Below are positions 12,786 to 24,989 of a stretch of DNA of 51,211 bases, piece by piece. The DNA comes from Octopus bimaculoides (taxonomy: Eukaryota), in NCBI RefSeq assembly GCF_001194135.2, contig NC_069006.1:13446401-13497611 (forward strand), written 5' to 3'. Numbering within the stretch: the stretch's first letter is position 1; each line of letters begins with the position of its first letter. Under the pieces are notes generated by a model, which ran no database searches, had not been told where the DNA came from, and worked only from the letters and a program-made list of their open reading frames with translations. Both the position numbers and the translations under genes were made by a program.

Positions 12786-13191
12786 AATCAAAGAATATGC
12801 ATATGTATGTCTGATAACAGCAACGAAAGCTAAGACCTCATGTTTTCCTGCCCCAGGGCTTCATTACTAACCCTCATGTGTGTATATATTTCACTATGCT
12901 TCTATATGTATGACAAAGAACACACATACACACGTGTGTGTGCATATGCATGTATATATTTTTTTTTGTGTGTGTATGTGTCTATGGTGTAAATGTGTGA
13001 GAGACTGAGGGAGGGTTGGGTGGAAGAGCGTCGATAGATTTGTAACGATTTATTTCTTCGTTTGAAGTTGATGACTCACTCTGCGTATCTCTTCCAAGGT
13101 GCGTGCAGCCATTCAAGCGATGAGAGCATGAATGTACATATTACGGAAATTGTACATAAATATATATACATGCCATGCATAGATACCATAA

Positions 13192-13244
<53 letters not shown>

Positions 13245-14568
13245 AAAATCTATATATATGTATAAGTATGTATACATGTATGTATGTATAAATGTTTTTA
13301 TACATATGTATATATATGTGTGTGCATATATATATATATATATACATACATGTATATATATATATATATNNNNNNNNNNNNNNNNNNNNNNNNNNNNNNN
13401 NNNNNNNNNNNNNNNNNNNNNNNNNNNNNNNNNNNNNNNNNNNNNNNNNNNNNNNNNNNNNNNNNNNNNNNNNNNNNNNNNNNNNNNNNNNNNNNNNNNN
13501 NNNNNNNNNNNNNNNNNNNNNNNNNNNNNNNNNNNNNNNNNNNNNNNNNNNNNNNNNNNNNNNNNNNNNNNNNNNNNNNNNNNNNNNNNNNNNNNNNNNN
13601 NNNNNNNNNNNNNNNNNNNNNNNNNNNNNNNNNNNNNNNNNNNNNNNNNNNNNNNNNNNNNNNNNNNNNNNNNNNNNNNNNNNNNNNNNNNNNNNNNNNN
13701 NNNNNNNNNNNNNNNNNNNNNNNNNNNNNNNNNNNNNNNNNNNNNNNNNNNNNNNNNNNNNNNNNNNNNNNNNNNNNNNNNNNNNNNNNNNNNNNNNNNN
13801 NNNNNNNNNNNNNNNNNNNNNNNNNNNNNNNNNNNNNNNNNNNNNNNNNNNNNNNNNNNNNNNNNNNNNNNNNNNNNNNNNNNNNNNNNNNNNNNNNNNN
13901 NNNNNNNNNNNNNNNNNNNNNNNNNNNNNNNNNNNNNNNNNNNNNNNNNNNNNNNNNNNNNNNNNNNNNNNNNNNNNNNNNNNNNNNNNNNNNNNNNNNN
14001 NNNNNNNNNNNNNNNNNNNNNNNNNNNNNNNNNNNNNNNNNNNNNNNNNNNNNNNNNNNNNNNNNNNNNNNNNNNNNNNNNNNNNNNNNNNNNNNNNNNN
14101 NNNNNNNNNNNNNNNNNNNNNNNNNNNNNNNNNNNNNNNNNNNNNNNNNNNNNNNNNNNNNNNNNNNNNNNNNNNNNNNNNNNNNNNNNNNNNNNNNNNN
14201 NNNNNNNNNNNNNNNNNNNNNNNNNNNNNNNNNNNNNNNNNNNNNNNNNNNNNNNNNNNNNNNNNNNNNNNNNNNNNNNNNNNNNNNNNNNNNNNNNNNN
14301 NNNNNNNNNNNNNNNNNNNNNNNNNNNNNNNNNNNNNNNNNNNNNNNNNNNNNNNNNNNNNNNNNNATATATATATATATATATATAGTCTCTTGTTGAT
14401 GTGTGTGTCTGTGTGTGTGCATAAATACATGCATGCTCACACCCACATGCCTATATGTATATATATATATATATATATAAGTGGGTGTATTGTGTGTTTA
14501 TCAAACTTTTCCAAAGAAAAGGTTTTTCCAAGTAAAAGTCAAATGAACTTGTATTTTACTAAAATTTA

Positions 14569-14913
14569 CAGGTGTAGCTATGTGGTAAGAACTTTGTTCC
14601 CCAACCATACGGTTCCAGGTTCAATCCAATTGCACAACACCAAAGCCCTGTGGATGAATTTGGTAGACAGAAACTGAAAGAAGACCATTGTGTGTGTGTG
14701 TGTGCCTGCCTGCCTGTGTTTCTCCCCTGCCCCCACTGCCTGACAACCAGTGTTGGTGTGTTTAATCCCTGTAACTTAGTGGTTCAGCAGAAAAAGACTG
14801 ACAGAATAAGTACAAGTACTTTAAAAAAACAAAAATACTTTAAAAAACATAAGTCTTGGAGTCAATTCATTCAACTAAACAGTCCCCAAGGTGGTGCCCC
14901 AGCATGGCCACAG
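14569..14913 (+). mobile_element. SINE family B, near full length, with internal (TG)n
   Basis: Head gctatgtggtaagaac...ggttccaggttcaatcc, middle ggtagacagaaactgaaagaag, 3' gtaacttagtggttcagca...gtggtgccccagcatggccacag. Confidence 0.85.
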
Positions 14914-15049
14914 ATAAAGGATAAATGGTATTGAGTATTCCTTCAGGTTAATGTTAATTTGTTTTTATAGAATTTGACAGAAAAGCAAACAATATATAAT
15001 TGGCGTGATTTAAATTAAAAATTAATTACAAACCAATCTATATTTAAAC

Positions 15050-15200
15050 TTCTTCGTCTGTCTTTACGTTCTGAGTTCAAATTCTGCCAAGGTTAACTTT
15101 GCCTTTCATCCTTTCGGAGTCGATAAATTAAGTACCAGTTGCATACTGGGGTTGATCTAACTGACTGGACCCCTTCCCCAAAATTCCGAGAAGAAAAGAA
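15050..15200 (+). mobile_element. SINE family A
   Basis: ctgagttcaaattctgccaaggttaactttgcctttcatcctttcggagtcgataaattaagtaccag is the shared core of family A. Confidence 0.85.
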
Positions 15201-15559
15201 TATTTAAAACTTCTATGTGATCCTGTTTATCCAACAGGAAAACTATGAAGAGGATTTGTATGACAGTTCGAGTTTGATTTGGTTGGAACCAACATTTGGA
15301 CAGGTTGTAGAGTAAATAGATAAAGAATAAGAGAAAAGGAAAGAAACTGAGAATTTCTTCATAAGATATTTAAGCCCAAAAGATTACAAATGAGGGTTAG
15401 GCAATTTCTGAACATTTGACAATACAGTCGCTTCATAAGATGCCCCTTATTTTTCATTGTTACCGAGATGCATGTTAGGTCATGTATTTAATTATTGTAT
15501 GAACAAACTCTTGCTTTGCTTACACACACACACACACACACACACTCTCCCTCTGTAAA

Positions 15560-15700
15560 TTGGTTGCTACTAGGAAGGGAATCCAACTATAGAAACTGTG
15601 TCAAAGCAGACATCTGAGTTTGATGTAGTCCTGTGGCTTGCCATCTGCTGTTGAACTGTCTAACCCATGCCAGTATAGAAAACATGTTAAATGATGATTT
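15560..15700 (+). mobile_element. RTE-type 3' tail fragment
   Basis: ctaacccatgccagtatagaaaac..gttaaatgatga matches the RTE tail at 3822-3900. Confidence 0.6.
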
Positions 15701-15964
15701 GATGTATATATATATATATGTGTGTGTATAAGTATTATTACTGTTAGTAATAGTACTAATAAAGAAATAATAAGGTGGCTAGCAGATTCACACCGTTACA
15801 GGCACAGTATAAGGTAAATTTAGATTCAGAAGGGTATATAATACCAGTTGTTAAAATCAGTTTATGGTGGTTTTTGGAGCATTGGCTCTGATTTTAGCAA
15901 GTGGTATTATATACCCTACTGAATCTCTCTCTCTATCTCTCTCTGTATATATACTCTTTTACTC

Positions 15965-16200
15965 TTTTTACTCTTTTACTTGTTTCAGTCATTTGACTGT
16001 GGCCATGCTGGAGCACCGCCTTTAGTCGAGCAAATCGACCCCATGACTTATTCTTTGTAAGCCTGGTACTTATTCTATCGGTCCCTTTTGCCGAACCGCT
16101 AAGTTACGGGGACATAAACACACCAGCATCGGTTGTCAAGCGATGTTGGAGGGACAAACACAGATGCATAAACACACACACACACACACACACATACATA
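15965..16200 (-). mobile_element. SINE family B, 3' half (head probably in the gap)
   Basis: ttttacttgtttcagtcatttgactgtggccatgctggagcaccgcc...ttgtcaagcgatgttg; runs into the N-gap. Confidence 0.9.
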
Positions 16201-17094
16201 CATATATATACATATACATANNNNNNNNNNNNNNNNNNNNNNNNNNNNNNNNNNNNNNNNNNNNNNNNNNNNNNNNNNNNNNNNNNNNNNNNNNNNNNNN
16301 NNNNNNNNNNNNNNNNNNNNNNNNNNNNNNNNNNNNNNNNNNNNNNNNNNNNNNNNNNNNNNNNNNNNNNNNNNNNNNNNNNNNNNNNNNNNNNNNNNNN
16401 NNNNNNNNNNNNNNNNNNNNNNNNNNNNNNNNNNNNNNNNNNNNNNNNNNNNNNNNNNNNNNNNNNNNNNNNNNNNNNNNNNNNNNNNNNNNNNNNNNNN
16501 NNNNNNNNNNNNNNNNNNNNNNNNNNNNNNNNNNNNNNNNNNNNNNNNNNNNNNNNNNNNNNNNNNNNNNNNNNNNNNNNNNNNNNNNNNNNNNNNNNNN
16601 NNNNNNNNNNNNNNNNNNNNNNNNNNNNNNNNNNNNNNNNNNNNNNNNNNNNNNNNNNNNNNNNNNNNNNNNNNNNNNNNNNNNNNNNNNNNNNNNNNNN
16701 NNNNNNNNNNNNNNNNNNNNNNNNNNNNNNNNNNNNNNNNNNNNNNNNNNNNNNNNNNNNNNNNNNNNNNNNNNNNNNNNNNNNNNNNNNNNNNNNNNNN
16801 NNNNNNNNNNNNNNNNNNNNNNNNNNNNNNNNNNNNNNNNNNNNNNNNNNNNNNNNNNNNNNNNNNNNNNNNNNNNNNNNNNNNNNNNNNNNNNNNNNNN
16901 NNNNNNNNNNNNNNNNNNNNNNNNNNNNNNNNNNNNNNNNNNNNNNNNNNNNNNNNNNNNNNNNNNNNNNNNNNNNNNNNNNNNNNNNNNNNNNNNNNNN
17001 NNNNNNNNNNNNNNNNNNNNNNNNNNNNNNNGGCAAATAAAATTTCTAAAAATTTTTTTTTTTTGCTGCCCTATAATTTATTAATAATGATAAA

Positions 17095-17125
<31 letters not shown>

Positions 17126-17154
17126 TATAGTTATATAGTTATACACATAGGATC

Positions 17155-17300
17155 ATCAGTTGGCAGAGTTGTTAGAGCATTCAATAAAATGCTTTACGCT
17201 GTTAGTTTTTGCTCCCTGCATTCTGAGTTCAAATTCTGCCAAGGTCAGCTTTCTATTTCATTTGTTCTTGGTAGATAAAATAGCAGTAATGTACTGTGGT
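17155..17300 (+). mobile_element. SINE family A, diverged
   Basis: tggcagagttgttaga...ctgagttcaaattctgccaaggtc. Confidence 0.7.
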
Positions 17301-17591
17301 CTCCTCTTCTTCTTCCTTCCTTCCTTCTCTCTCTCTCTGGAAAAATACAGAACATGGAGAGGGGTTGAGTTCCAGATTTCAAATGCCCAACACATTGTGT
17401 GTATTATGACAGCACCACATGACTCAATCAGGTGTTAAGGGGCCCCAATAATTCACTTCCAACATATATATATATTTATGTGGAGAATGGAGCAACAAAT
17501 ACAAGAAGAAGCAATTCTGTTGGGCTAGTTAGCCATTGTTTTATTATGTGGAGGTTATGTAATGAGTCATTGTGGGTGTTATGTAATTAGT

Positions 17592-17643
17592 CATTTACGC
17601 ACGTTTCAATCTGGCCAATGGTTTAGCAGATCTCTTCAGAATG
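17592..17643 (-). ncRNA. Minimal type I hammerhead ribozyme in PLE pLTR
   Basis: catt-CTGAAGA-gatctg...cagatt-GAAA-cg-tg-cg-TA-aatg. Stem I is 4 bp, stem II is 6 bp or more, stem III has a 2-nt loop, and the triplet is GUA. Confidence 0.8.
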
Positions 17644-18042
17644 TTGAGGAGTATGTTAAGAGTTCATGGTGTGAGAGATGTAGGAGAAGTGATTAGTGGA
17701 TATATTAATGTATATGGTGGTATAATAATAGCGTTAGGTAAAGAAAGCCTTACGTTTTAGTTGAAGTTGTGTTGGTCTTCCTGTAAGGTGATGTAGGATG
17801 GGTGCTATTTAAGCGCATTATTCCGATTTTAATCAAATGCATCTCCACGTGATTTTATGATTGAGGGATGCATCGTATATTTATAGCACCGGCGGTGTTA
17901 GTACAGGGAAGCAACCCTAAATTTATGTGAAAAGGGGGCTAACTCTGGTCTTATTCGTAATTAATTATAATTAATTATACTTAGAAGGAAAATTCTTTTA
18001 TGCATATTTAGTTTTACTTAGGAAGTGTAATGTATTGTATAT

Positions 18043-18462
18043 TTAATTATACTTAGAGAATGAGTATTTAGTAGAGTGAAGACAGATTAGGCTAGATTCA
18101 TGTCTCCTGTTTAATAGGTCATTCTTAGCCGTTAGGATCTCAAGGCGCTCAGTTAAACAGAGTTGACAGCGTCTGTTAGTTGGGTTATAGGAATTAGCTA
18201 CTTTTAGTATGTGCCACTTTAGTTTATATTCTATCTTATTGTCATTTAGTTCCCAGATGTACCTACTAAGTCCTGTTGAATTTGCCGTATTTCTACTTTT
18301 AAAGCTGGATAGGTGCTCATTATATCTAAGTCGTACTTGGTTTTTCGTCCCACCTATATAAGATCTAGTGTGGCTGCTTGTCTGTACATCACATTGGTAA
18401 ACTATATTTTCGGTCTTGCATCTATTGGAGAAATTACATTTATTCCTATCTCTACAGCCACA
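18043..18462 (-). pseudogene. Uninterrupted 139-aa PLE GIY-YIG endonuclease domain, missed by the ORF track (no start codon)
   Basis: CGCRDRNKCNFSNRCKTENIVYQCDV...RSYIGGTKNQVRLRYNEHLSSFK...STGLSRYIWELNDNKIEYKLKWHIL...RRCQLCLTERLEIL...LLNRRHE...CLH. An in-frame TAA lies immediately upstream. Confidence 0.9.
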
Positions 18463-19081
18463 TTAGGTGTCTATGTCTGTGTGTTGTTGTGTGGCCCTAT
18501 TGTTTTTTTGGTGTGTGTCCCTCCTAGTAAGGGGTGTTGGATTAGGGTTGGAGTTAGTTCTATTACTTGGAGGGTTGTTGGTTTGGTTGTTCGGAGAGTT
18601 GAGGATGTATAGTCAATTTATTTATATCATAGTTTGTTATTAATATATAATTACAAATTTAAAAAAAAACACACACAATACAAAACTCAAAAACCTACAT
18701 ATGTTTTGATTCTGGCCCCTTGGTAATGCATAATCCAATGTTCAGAATTTAAGCTGTATGGGGCAGGATCTCTTCAGGGTTTTATGTTTTAATAATAACA
18801 AAGGTTACATCTTTCATGGTCTAAGAACCTCTTAGATTATTACTCCAATTCATTTCATAAATCCTCACTGTCTATTTTCACTCACTTACAACCTTGTGTA
18901 GTGGAATAATAATCTAAGTGATTCTTAGACCATTTGGGGTCTATCTCTAGCAGACTGGTGTTGTAACCATTCAGCACCCTTATTATAATTTTAATATAAA
19001 TTAACCATTATGGTATTTTAGTATGCTGGGCACTGATAAATCATTAAATAATGGTTTTATCCTAATTACGTATAAAATACG

Positions 19082-19117
<36 letters not shown>

Positions 19118-19144
19118 TATTAAAAATGAGGAAGGCCAGTTTAT

Positions 19145-19205
19145 GGGATTACCTTAGGTTTCCCATCTGTAAAGGGTTTAGCTTTATGGCGTATCATCAG
19201 ATCCC
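19145..19205 (-). ncRNA. Hammerhead motif with degenerate stem II, inside a fold-back repeat
   Basis: gggat-CTGATGA-tacgccat...atgg-GAAA-cc-taa-gg-TA-atccc. Stem I is 5 bp and the triplet is GUA; the base of stem II is unpaired. Confidence 0.6.
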
Positions 19206-19333
19206 AAAACCTGTTGGCCCAAGGCCTTCTTAAGAATAAGGTAATCCCATAAAGCAGCCTTCTCCATTTTTAATATATACTGCTCTACATCTTAGTGTAT
19301 GCTTCTTCTTTTGGATTTGTTTTTTTACAGATG

Positions 19334-19389
<56 letters not shown>

Positions 19390-19739
19390 GTCATACAGAG
19401 TGGGATGAATATACATGCAAATATATATGTCTATATATATGTATGTGTGTGTGTGTATATTTCTGTTTGACACAATGGCAGTGTTGAGTCAAAAATGGTA
19501 ACTTAACAAATTAGCAATTTATGTATATAGGACAATAAAATAATTAACAAGTTGAAGCGACCACTGTGTGTGTATATGTTTGTGTGTGTGTGTGCTTAAT
19601 ATAAAAGTACATTTGTTATTGTATGTGTGTGTGTGTGTGTTTACTATGAAAAAACATTTTGTGTGTGTGTTGTGTTTGTGTGTGGCATGCTTCCCTCTGT
19701 GTTTTGTGTTAAATAAACAGTCAGGATTTAACACAAACA

Positions 19740-19846
19740 CATTTATTCAGTAAATGTGTTTTTGTTTGTTAGGGTAGTAATATGTGTGTACATATGTGTG
19801 TATACATATATATATATATATATATATATCTACACGTATTATATAA

Positions 19847-19921
<75 letters not shown>

Positions 19922-20165
19922 AAGACATGTATATGTATATATAAATATATATTTATGTATATATATATATATATATATTTATTAATGTGTGTGTGTGTAT
20001 ATATATATATGTATATATATATACACACACACACAAATATGTGTAAATATACAAGTGTGTAAGTATATATATATATACACACACACACAAATATGTGTAT
20101 ATATAGAAATATGTGTAAATATACAAGTGTGTAAGTATATATATATATACACACACACACACTAG
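19740..20165. repeat. Long (TA)n/(TG)n microsatellite block with a tandem duplication of about 52 bp
   Basis: aaatatgtgtaaatatacaagtgtgtaagtatatat... occurs twice (about 20035 and 20107). Confidence 0.9.
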
Positions 20166-20419
20166 AAAGGATAGTCACGGCTGAAGCACTCCCCCTCATT
20201 TATGAGTCGGCATGGGTCTAAGCCACAACAGCACTATTGCCAGACAATTACTTCACAGTCCTTCCCACTCATTCTCAGTCATTCGTTAATTCAGACATAC
20301 AGACTAAGCAATCAATCATCATCATCAGCAGCAGCAGCAGCAGTCTTCTTTATGTCAGGGTACCACCTTTTGAACTGCATTTAACAACATATATACAGTA
20401 TATGTATACACCAACTATA

Positions 20420-21005
20420 AAAGGTGACGGGGTATGAGAGGTGAATAAATATTTATATTCAACCACTTGTTATCCTTAAAATCACAGACGTTAACAAGTG
20501 TTTAAATAAATATATTCACCTCTCATACCTCTGGACCTTTCATGATCTGTATACTCCTCGTTAAATAATTTCATTGATTGGATCTCTTGGATTTCAGCTC
20601 CATGGACATTCTGCATTATACTCCTCTGTATTCCATTACTATGTGGTCTGCTAGCTGGGTCCTTTGGAGGAGCTTTCTGTGGTAGCCACATAATTTTATG
20701 AATCCTTATATTACACTAAGAATTTATTACTCAGCTGTAAACGGGTAACACTGTGATGGAGTAGCCTTCTGATTGGGGAGAATGTTGGCCTGCTCTTCTA
20801 ACCAGTGGGGTTGCATCATTCAATGGCTAAAACAATGCAAAACACACATTATATAACAACATCTGATAATCTGGTTGATCATGAGATATATATTTCATCT
20901 GCATGAAACTTTGCATTATGCTCCTCTATATTGGATTACTTTGTGGTCTGTTAGCCAAGTCTGTTAGAGGTGCTTACTGTGAAAGCCACACAATTCTATG
21001 AATCC
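20420..21005 (-). repeat. Unclassified repeat family D (two minus-strand pieces plus a short inverted piece)
   Basis: tattcacctctcatacc...ttcattgattggatc...gccacataattttatgaatcc is the reverse complement of 37790-37950. Confidence 0.7.
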
Positions 21006-21039
21006 GTTTATTACATTATATATACACACATATATGTTT

Positions 21040-21350
21040 TATCTTTTACTTGTTTCAGCCATTTGACTGTGGCCATGCTGGTGCACTGCCTTGAAAGGTT
21101 TTTAGTCAAACAAATTGACCCGAGGACATTTTTTGCAGCCTGGTATTCTCTTTGGTCTCTTGTTGGTCTCTTTTGCCAAACCGCTAAGTTACAGGTTGTA
21201 AATACACCAACATTGGTTATCAAGTGATGATGGAGGACAAACACAGACATATAGACATGCACACATAGATATATATATACAACAGGCTTCTTTCAGTTTC
21301 CGTCTACCAAATCCACTCACAAGGCTTTGGTCGGTCCAAGGATATAGGAA
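21040..21350 (-). mobile_element. SINE family B
   Basis: Family B 3' half plus the middle segment ctttcagtttccgtctaccaaatccactcacaaggctttgg. Confidence 0.88.
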
Positions 21351-21734
21351 TATAAGGAATGCAGTGAATGGCAAACAGAGGAGTGTCCTGGACAGAGAAC
21401 TACGTTTTTTAAATAACATGTTTATAATGTATATAAATATGCATATGTTCATATAATGCCTTCATCAGCAGGCACACTGAACCAAACAGCTGTTTGGAAA
21501 TTACAGATGGGAGATCCAAACTTAATGTGAACTGTTAGATAATCTCTGCCATGAGTTGTTAAATAAACCCAAATTTTCAAATAGATGTTCTCTTCATTGT
21601 TTGCCAATAAAAGCATTTGATGGATGGATGTATTTATACTCATCTGGATGTTCCACTCCCATATATCTATCTATTTATTACTCTTTCTCCCTCTCTCTCT
21701 CTCACTATATATGTGTGTGTATATATATTTTTTT

Positions 21735-22075
21735 TATTTACTTGTTTCAGTCATTTGACTGCGGCCATGCTGGAGCACCACCTTTAGTCGAGCAAATCGA
21801 CTCCAGGACTTATTCTTTGTAAGCCTAGTACTTATTCTATCAGTCTCTTATGCCGAACCACTAAGTTACGGAGACGTGAACACACCAACATCAGTTATCA
21901 AGCGATGTTGGGGGGGACAAACACAGACACACACACACACATATATATACATATACACGACGGGCTTCTTTCAGTTTCCGTCTACCAAAACCACTCACAA
22001 GGCTTTGGTCGGCCCGAGGCTATAGTAGAAGACACTTACCCAAGGTGCTACGCAGTGGGACTGAACCCGGAACCA
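21735..22075 (-). mobile_element. SINE family B, near full length
   Basis: Runs from the 3' end tttacttgtttcagtc to the head cccaaggtgc..gcagtgggactgaacccgg. Confidence 0.9.
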
Positions 22076-22209
22076 GGGTTTTACGGTTAACTCTGACAAT
22101 TTTTTGTTTCCTTCTTTTCTTAGACAGCTTGATGTATTGGTGAATAGTCAACAGCACTGGAGATTATTAAGATTGTAGTTGTAGTTGAGAAAAACTCAGC
22201 TGACATGGA

Positions 22210-23080
22210 GGACTTGAATATATCTTAATATTAGAAAAGAGTTCTCTTTATCATAATGATTTGCATGGTGTATCAAACTGCCAGCATCATGACTGTTGTT
22301 CATTGCACTCTGTGAACCCTGTAAAAGTTGTAAGGCATGACATGGACAGGTGCAATGCTGGGACCAGCAGGAAGGGATACAGCAGGTGTTCTGACTGTGT
22401 ATCAAACTGCCAATGGCTTGTGAACCCTAATAAAGGCTGTTAAGATGTGACATGGACAGCTGCAATGGAAACAAAGCTGTGACCTGCAGGGAGGGACACA
22501 GCGGACATCCTGACTGCATCTGCCTGCTGGAATTCAATCACACATCTATGAACAGGGCCTTCGGTTCATTTCAGACAGCTATGTGCAACTGCTAGAGACT
22601 GTGGTCAAACCCTGGCTGGAGAGAGTTGCTCCTTGTGGTCATCTTTGTGGCAACAGGATCCAGCTCCTTGACATACCTCCAGAAAAAAGGGCAGAAGTGG
22701 TTGTCAGAGAATTCCTATGACTTCACCAGCCCCTATTTCTGGCCTCCTTATTCTCCAGATGGTAATCCCATGGATTGCTATGTGTAAAGCATGGTTTGAG
22801 AAAGACACCAACTGCTCTACCTGTGCCACCAAGACTGAACAGGTGGCTAAGATCAAGGAAATGTTTGTAGATCTTCCCAGTGAGGAATACATGCACCAGG
22901 TTCTGGAACCATTTTGATTCTGTGGTGGAAGCCGAGGATGGCTACTTCAAACGAACTGTTATCTCTCAGCCATAATCTAGTTGATATTTTTGACTTTAAA
23001 ATACTTTCATTTTTTAGATGCGACATTGTGTTTTCATTTCCTTTTATGCAAACGTTGTTTTTTTTAGCTTCAACACTGTA
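22210..23080 (+). mobile_element. maT (DD37D)-like mariner relic with 3' terminus
   Basis: Frames give YVQLLETVVKPWLERVA..WQQDPAP*HTS..QKWLSENSYDFTSPYFWPPYSPDGNPMDCYV..VVEAEDGYF. Ends ...caacactg|TA at 23078-23080. Confidence 0.85.
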
Positions 23081-23149
23081 TACTGAGGTCTTGAGTCCTA
23101 TTTATCCTATTTATTCGATCAAACACATCTAAATAATCCACATTGTCAT

Positions 23150-24040
23150 AAACATCATATATGTATATATATGTAAATCTATATATATGTACATCATCAT
23201 ATATATATATACATACACATATATATATACATACATATATATATATATGTACATCATANNNNNNNNNNNNNNNNNNNNNNNNNNNNNNNNNNNNNNNNNN
23301 NNNNNNNNNNNNNNNNNNNNNNNNNNNNNNNNNNNNNNNNNNNNNNNNNNNNNNNNNNNNNNNNNNNNNNNNNNNNNNNNNNNNNNNNNNNNNNNNNNNN
23401 NNNNNNNNNNNNNNNNNNNNNNNNNNNNNNNNNNNNNNNNNNNNNNNNNNNNNNNNNNNNNNNNNNNNNNNNNNNNNNNNNNNNNNNNNNNNNNNNNNNN
23501 NNNNNNNNNNNNNNNNNNNNNNNNNNNNNNNNNNNNNNNNNNNNNNNNNNNNNNNNNNNNNNNNNNNNNNNNNNNNNNNNNNNNNNNNNNNNNNNNNNNN
23601 NNNNNNNNNNNNNNNNNNNNNNNNNNNNNNNNNNNNNNNNNNNNNNNNNNNNNNNNNNNNNNNNNNNNNNNNNNNNNNNNNNNNNNNNNNNNNNNNNNNN
23701 NNNNNNNNNNNNNNNNNNNNNNNNNNNNNNNNNNNNNNNNNNNNNNNNNNNNNNNNNNNNNNNNNNNNNNNNNNNNNNNNNNNNNNNNNNNNNNNNNNNN
23801 NNNNNNNNNNNNNNNNNNNNNNNNNNNNNNNNNNNNNNNNNNNNNNNNNNNNNNNNNNNNNNNNNNNNNNNNNNNNNNNNNNNNNNNNNNNNNNNNNNNN
23901 NNNNNNNNNNNNNNNNNNNTACATCATACATATATATATATATGTACATCATATATATATATATATATGTACATCATACATATATATATATATGTACATC
24001 ATACATATATATATATATGTACATCATATATATATATATG
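23150..24040. repeat. Minisatellite (gtacatcata(ta)n) spanning an N-gap
   Basis: The unit is visible on both sides of gap 23259-23920. Confidence 0.85.
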
Positions 24041-24188
24041 TATATGTGTGTGTGGATGTGTGTAAATATATATCTCCATCAGTTTCAACAATGTGGTTTT
24101 AATTGTTTGACTAATCTGAATTACCTGCACCTGAATAGATTATGAGTAACTGAGTATTCCACAGACATGTGTACTGTTACGTAATTGT

Positions 24189-24230
<42 letters not shown>

Positions 24231-24989
24231 CGCTCTCTCTCTCTCTCTTGCATGCTTGCACTGATTTAAAATCTGGCAGTCTGTAGTTAAAACCTGATTA
24301 CTCTTCATTAAATCCTAACCGACCGACCAGCCACCTAACCAACCAGCTACTTACCACACAACCACCCAACCACCTAACCAACCAATCAAAGAAACCTCAG
24401 CTGAGATAGAATTCTTCCAAATCTGTTTTTTCCAAATCTTTTGAGGCAGAAGAAAGTCCAAAATTTCTTTGAATATTTTCATAGTTTTCGTTTGTTTGTT
24501 TTTTACTAAAGCATCTTTTTGTTCAGTTTAATTCTTTCTCCTCTTTCTTTGTCTTTTGTTGTTTTTCTTAGTGTTTTTTTTTGTTGTTGTTGTTTAGCCC
24601 TAGGTCACTGAATGGATTTAAGTGCAAGGCATTACAGCTCTGATCAACTTGTTCTTCTCTGCAGGCAGTGTATAGTTAGGAGTACATCATCTTGTGTCCC
24701 CCTCACTATCTGAAGGTGATTAGGGTATCATTTGAGAGAAATTTGGCTGCTATCTTAGCAATTCATCCTACTATGCAGAGGCTCCATTCTTTGTATCTTG
24801 TTATTATTGTTGTTTGTGAGTATGTATGTCTCACACACACACACATTCATCTGTCTGTATGCACAACTTTCCTTCCAGCTTCCACTTTCTTGTAAGCACC
24901 CTTTGTTCCTCTATTTCAAACAAAATCAATGCCACTTTTTCTATTGCCCTTGGATGTACCCAACCTGCCTCTCTGCCTCTCACATAACT

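Larger units (their letters stand above)
17475..18615 (-). mobile_element. 5'-truncated Penelope-like retroelement (Neptune/Nematis-type GIY-YIG) with 3' UTR/pLTR ending in (TA)n
   Basis: The GIY-YIG frame at 18043-18462 is followed by an HHR at 17592-17643. The terminus ...ttctccacataaa(TA)n is at about 17475. Confidence 0.9.

Noticed and set aside
13141-14677. Long ORFs (300-460 aa) here and across the other N-gaps
   Set aside because: They are artefacts of translating N runs and TA/CA microsatellites (YIYI, CVCV, THTH).
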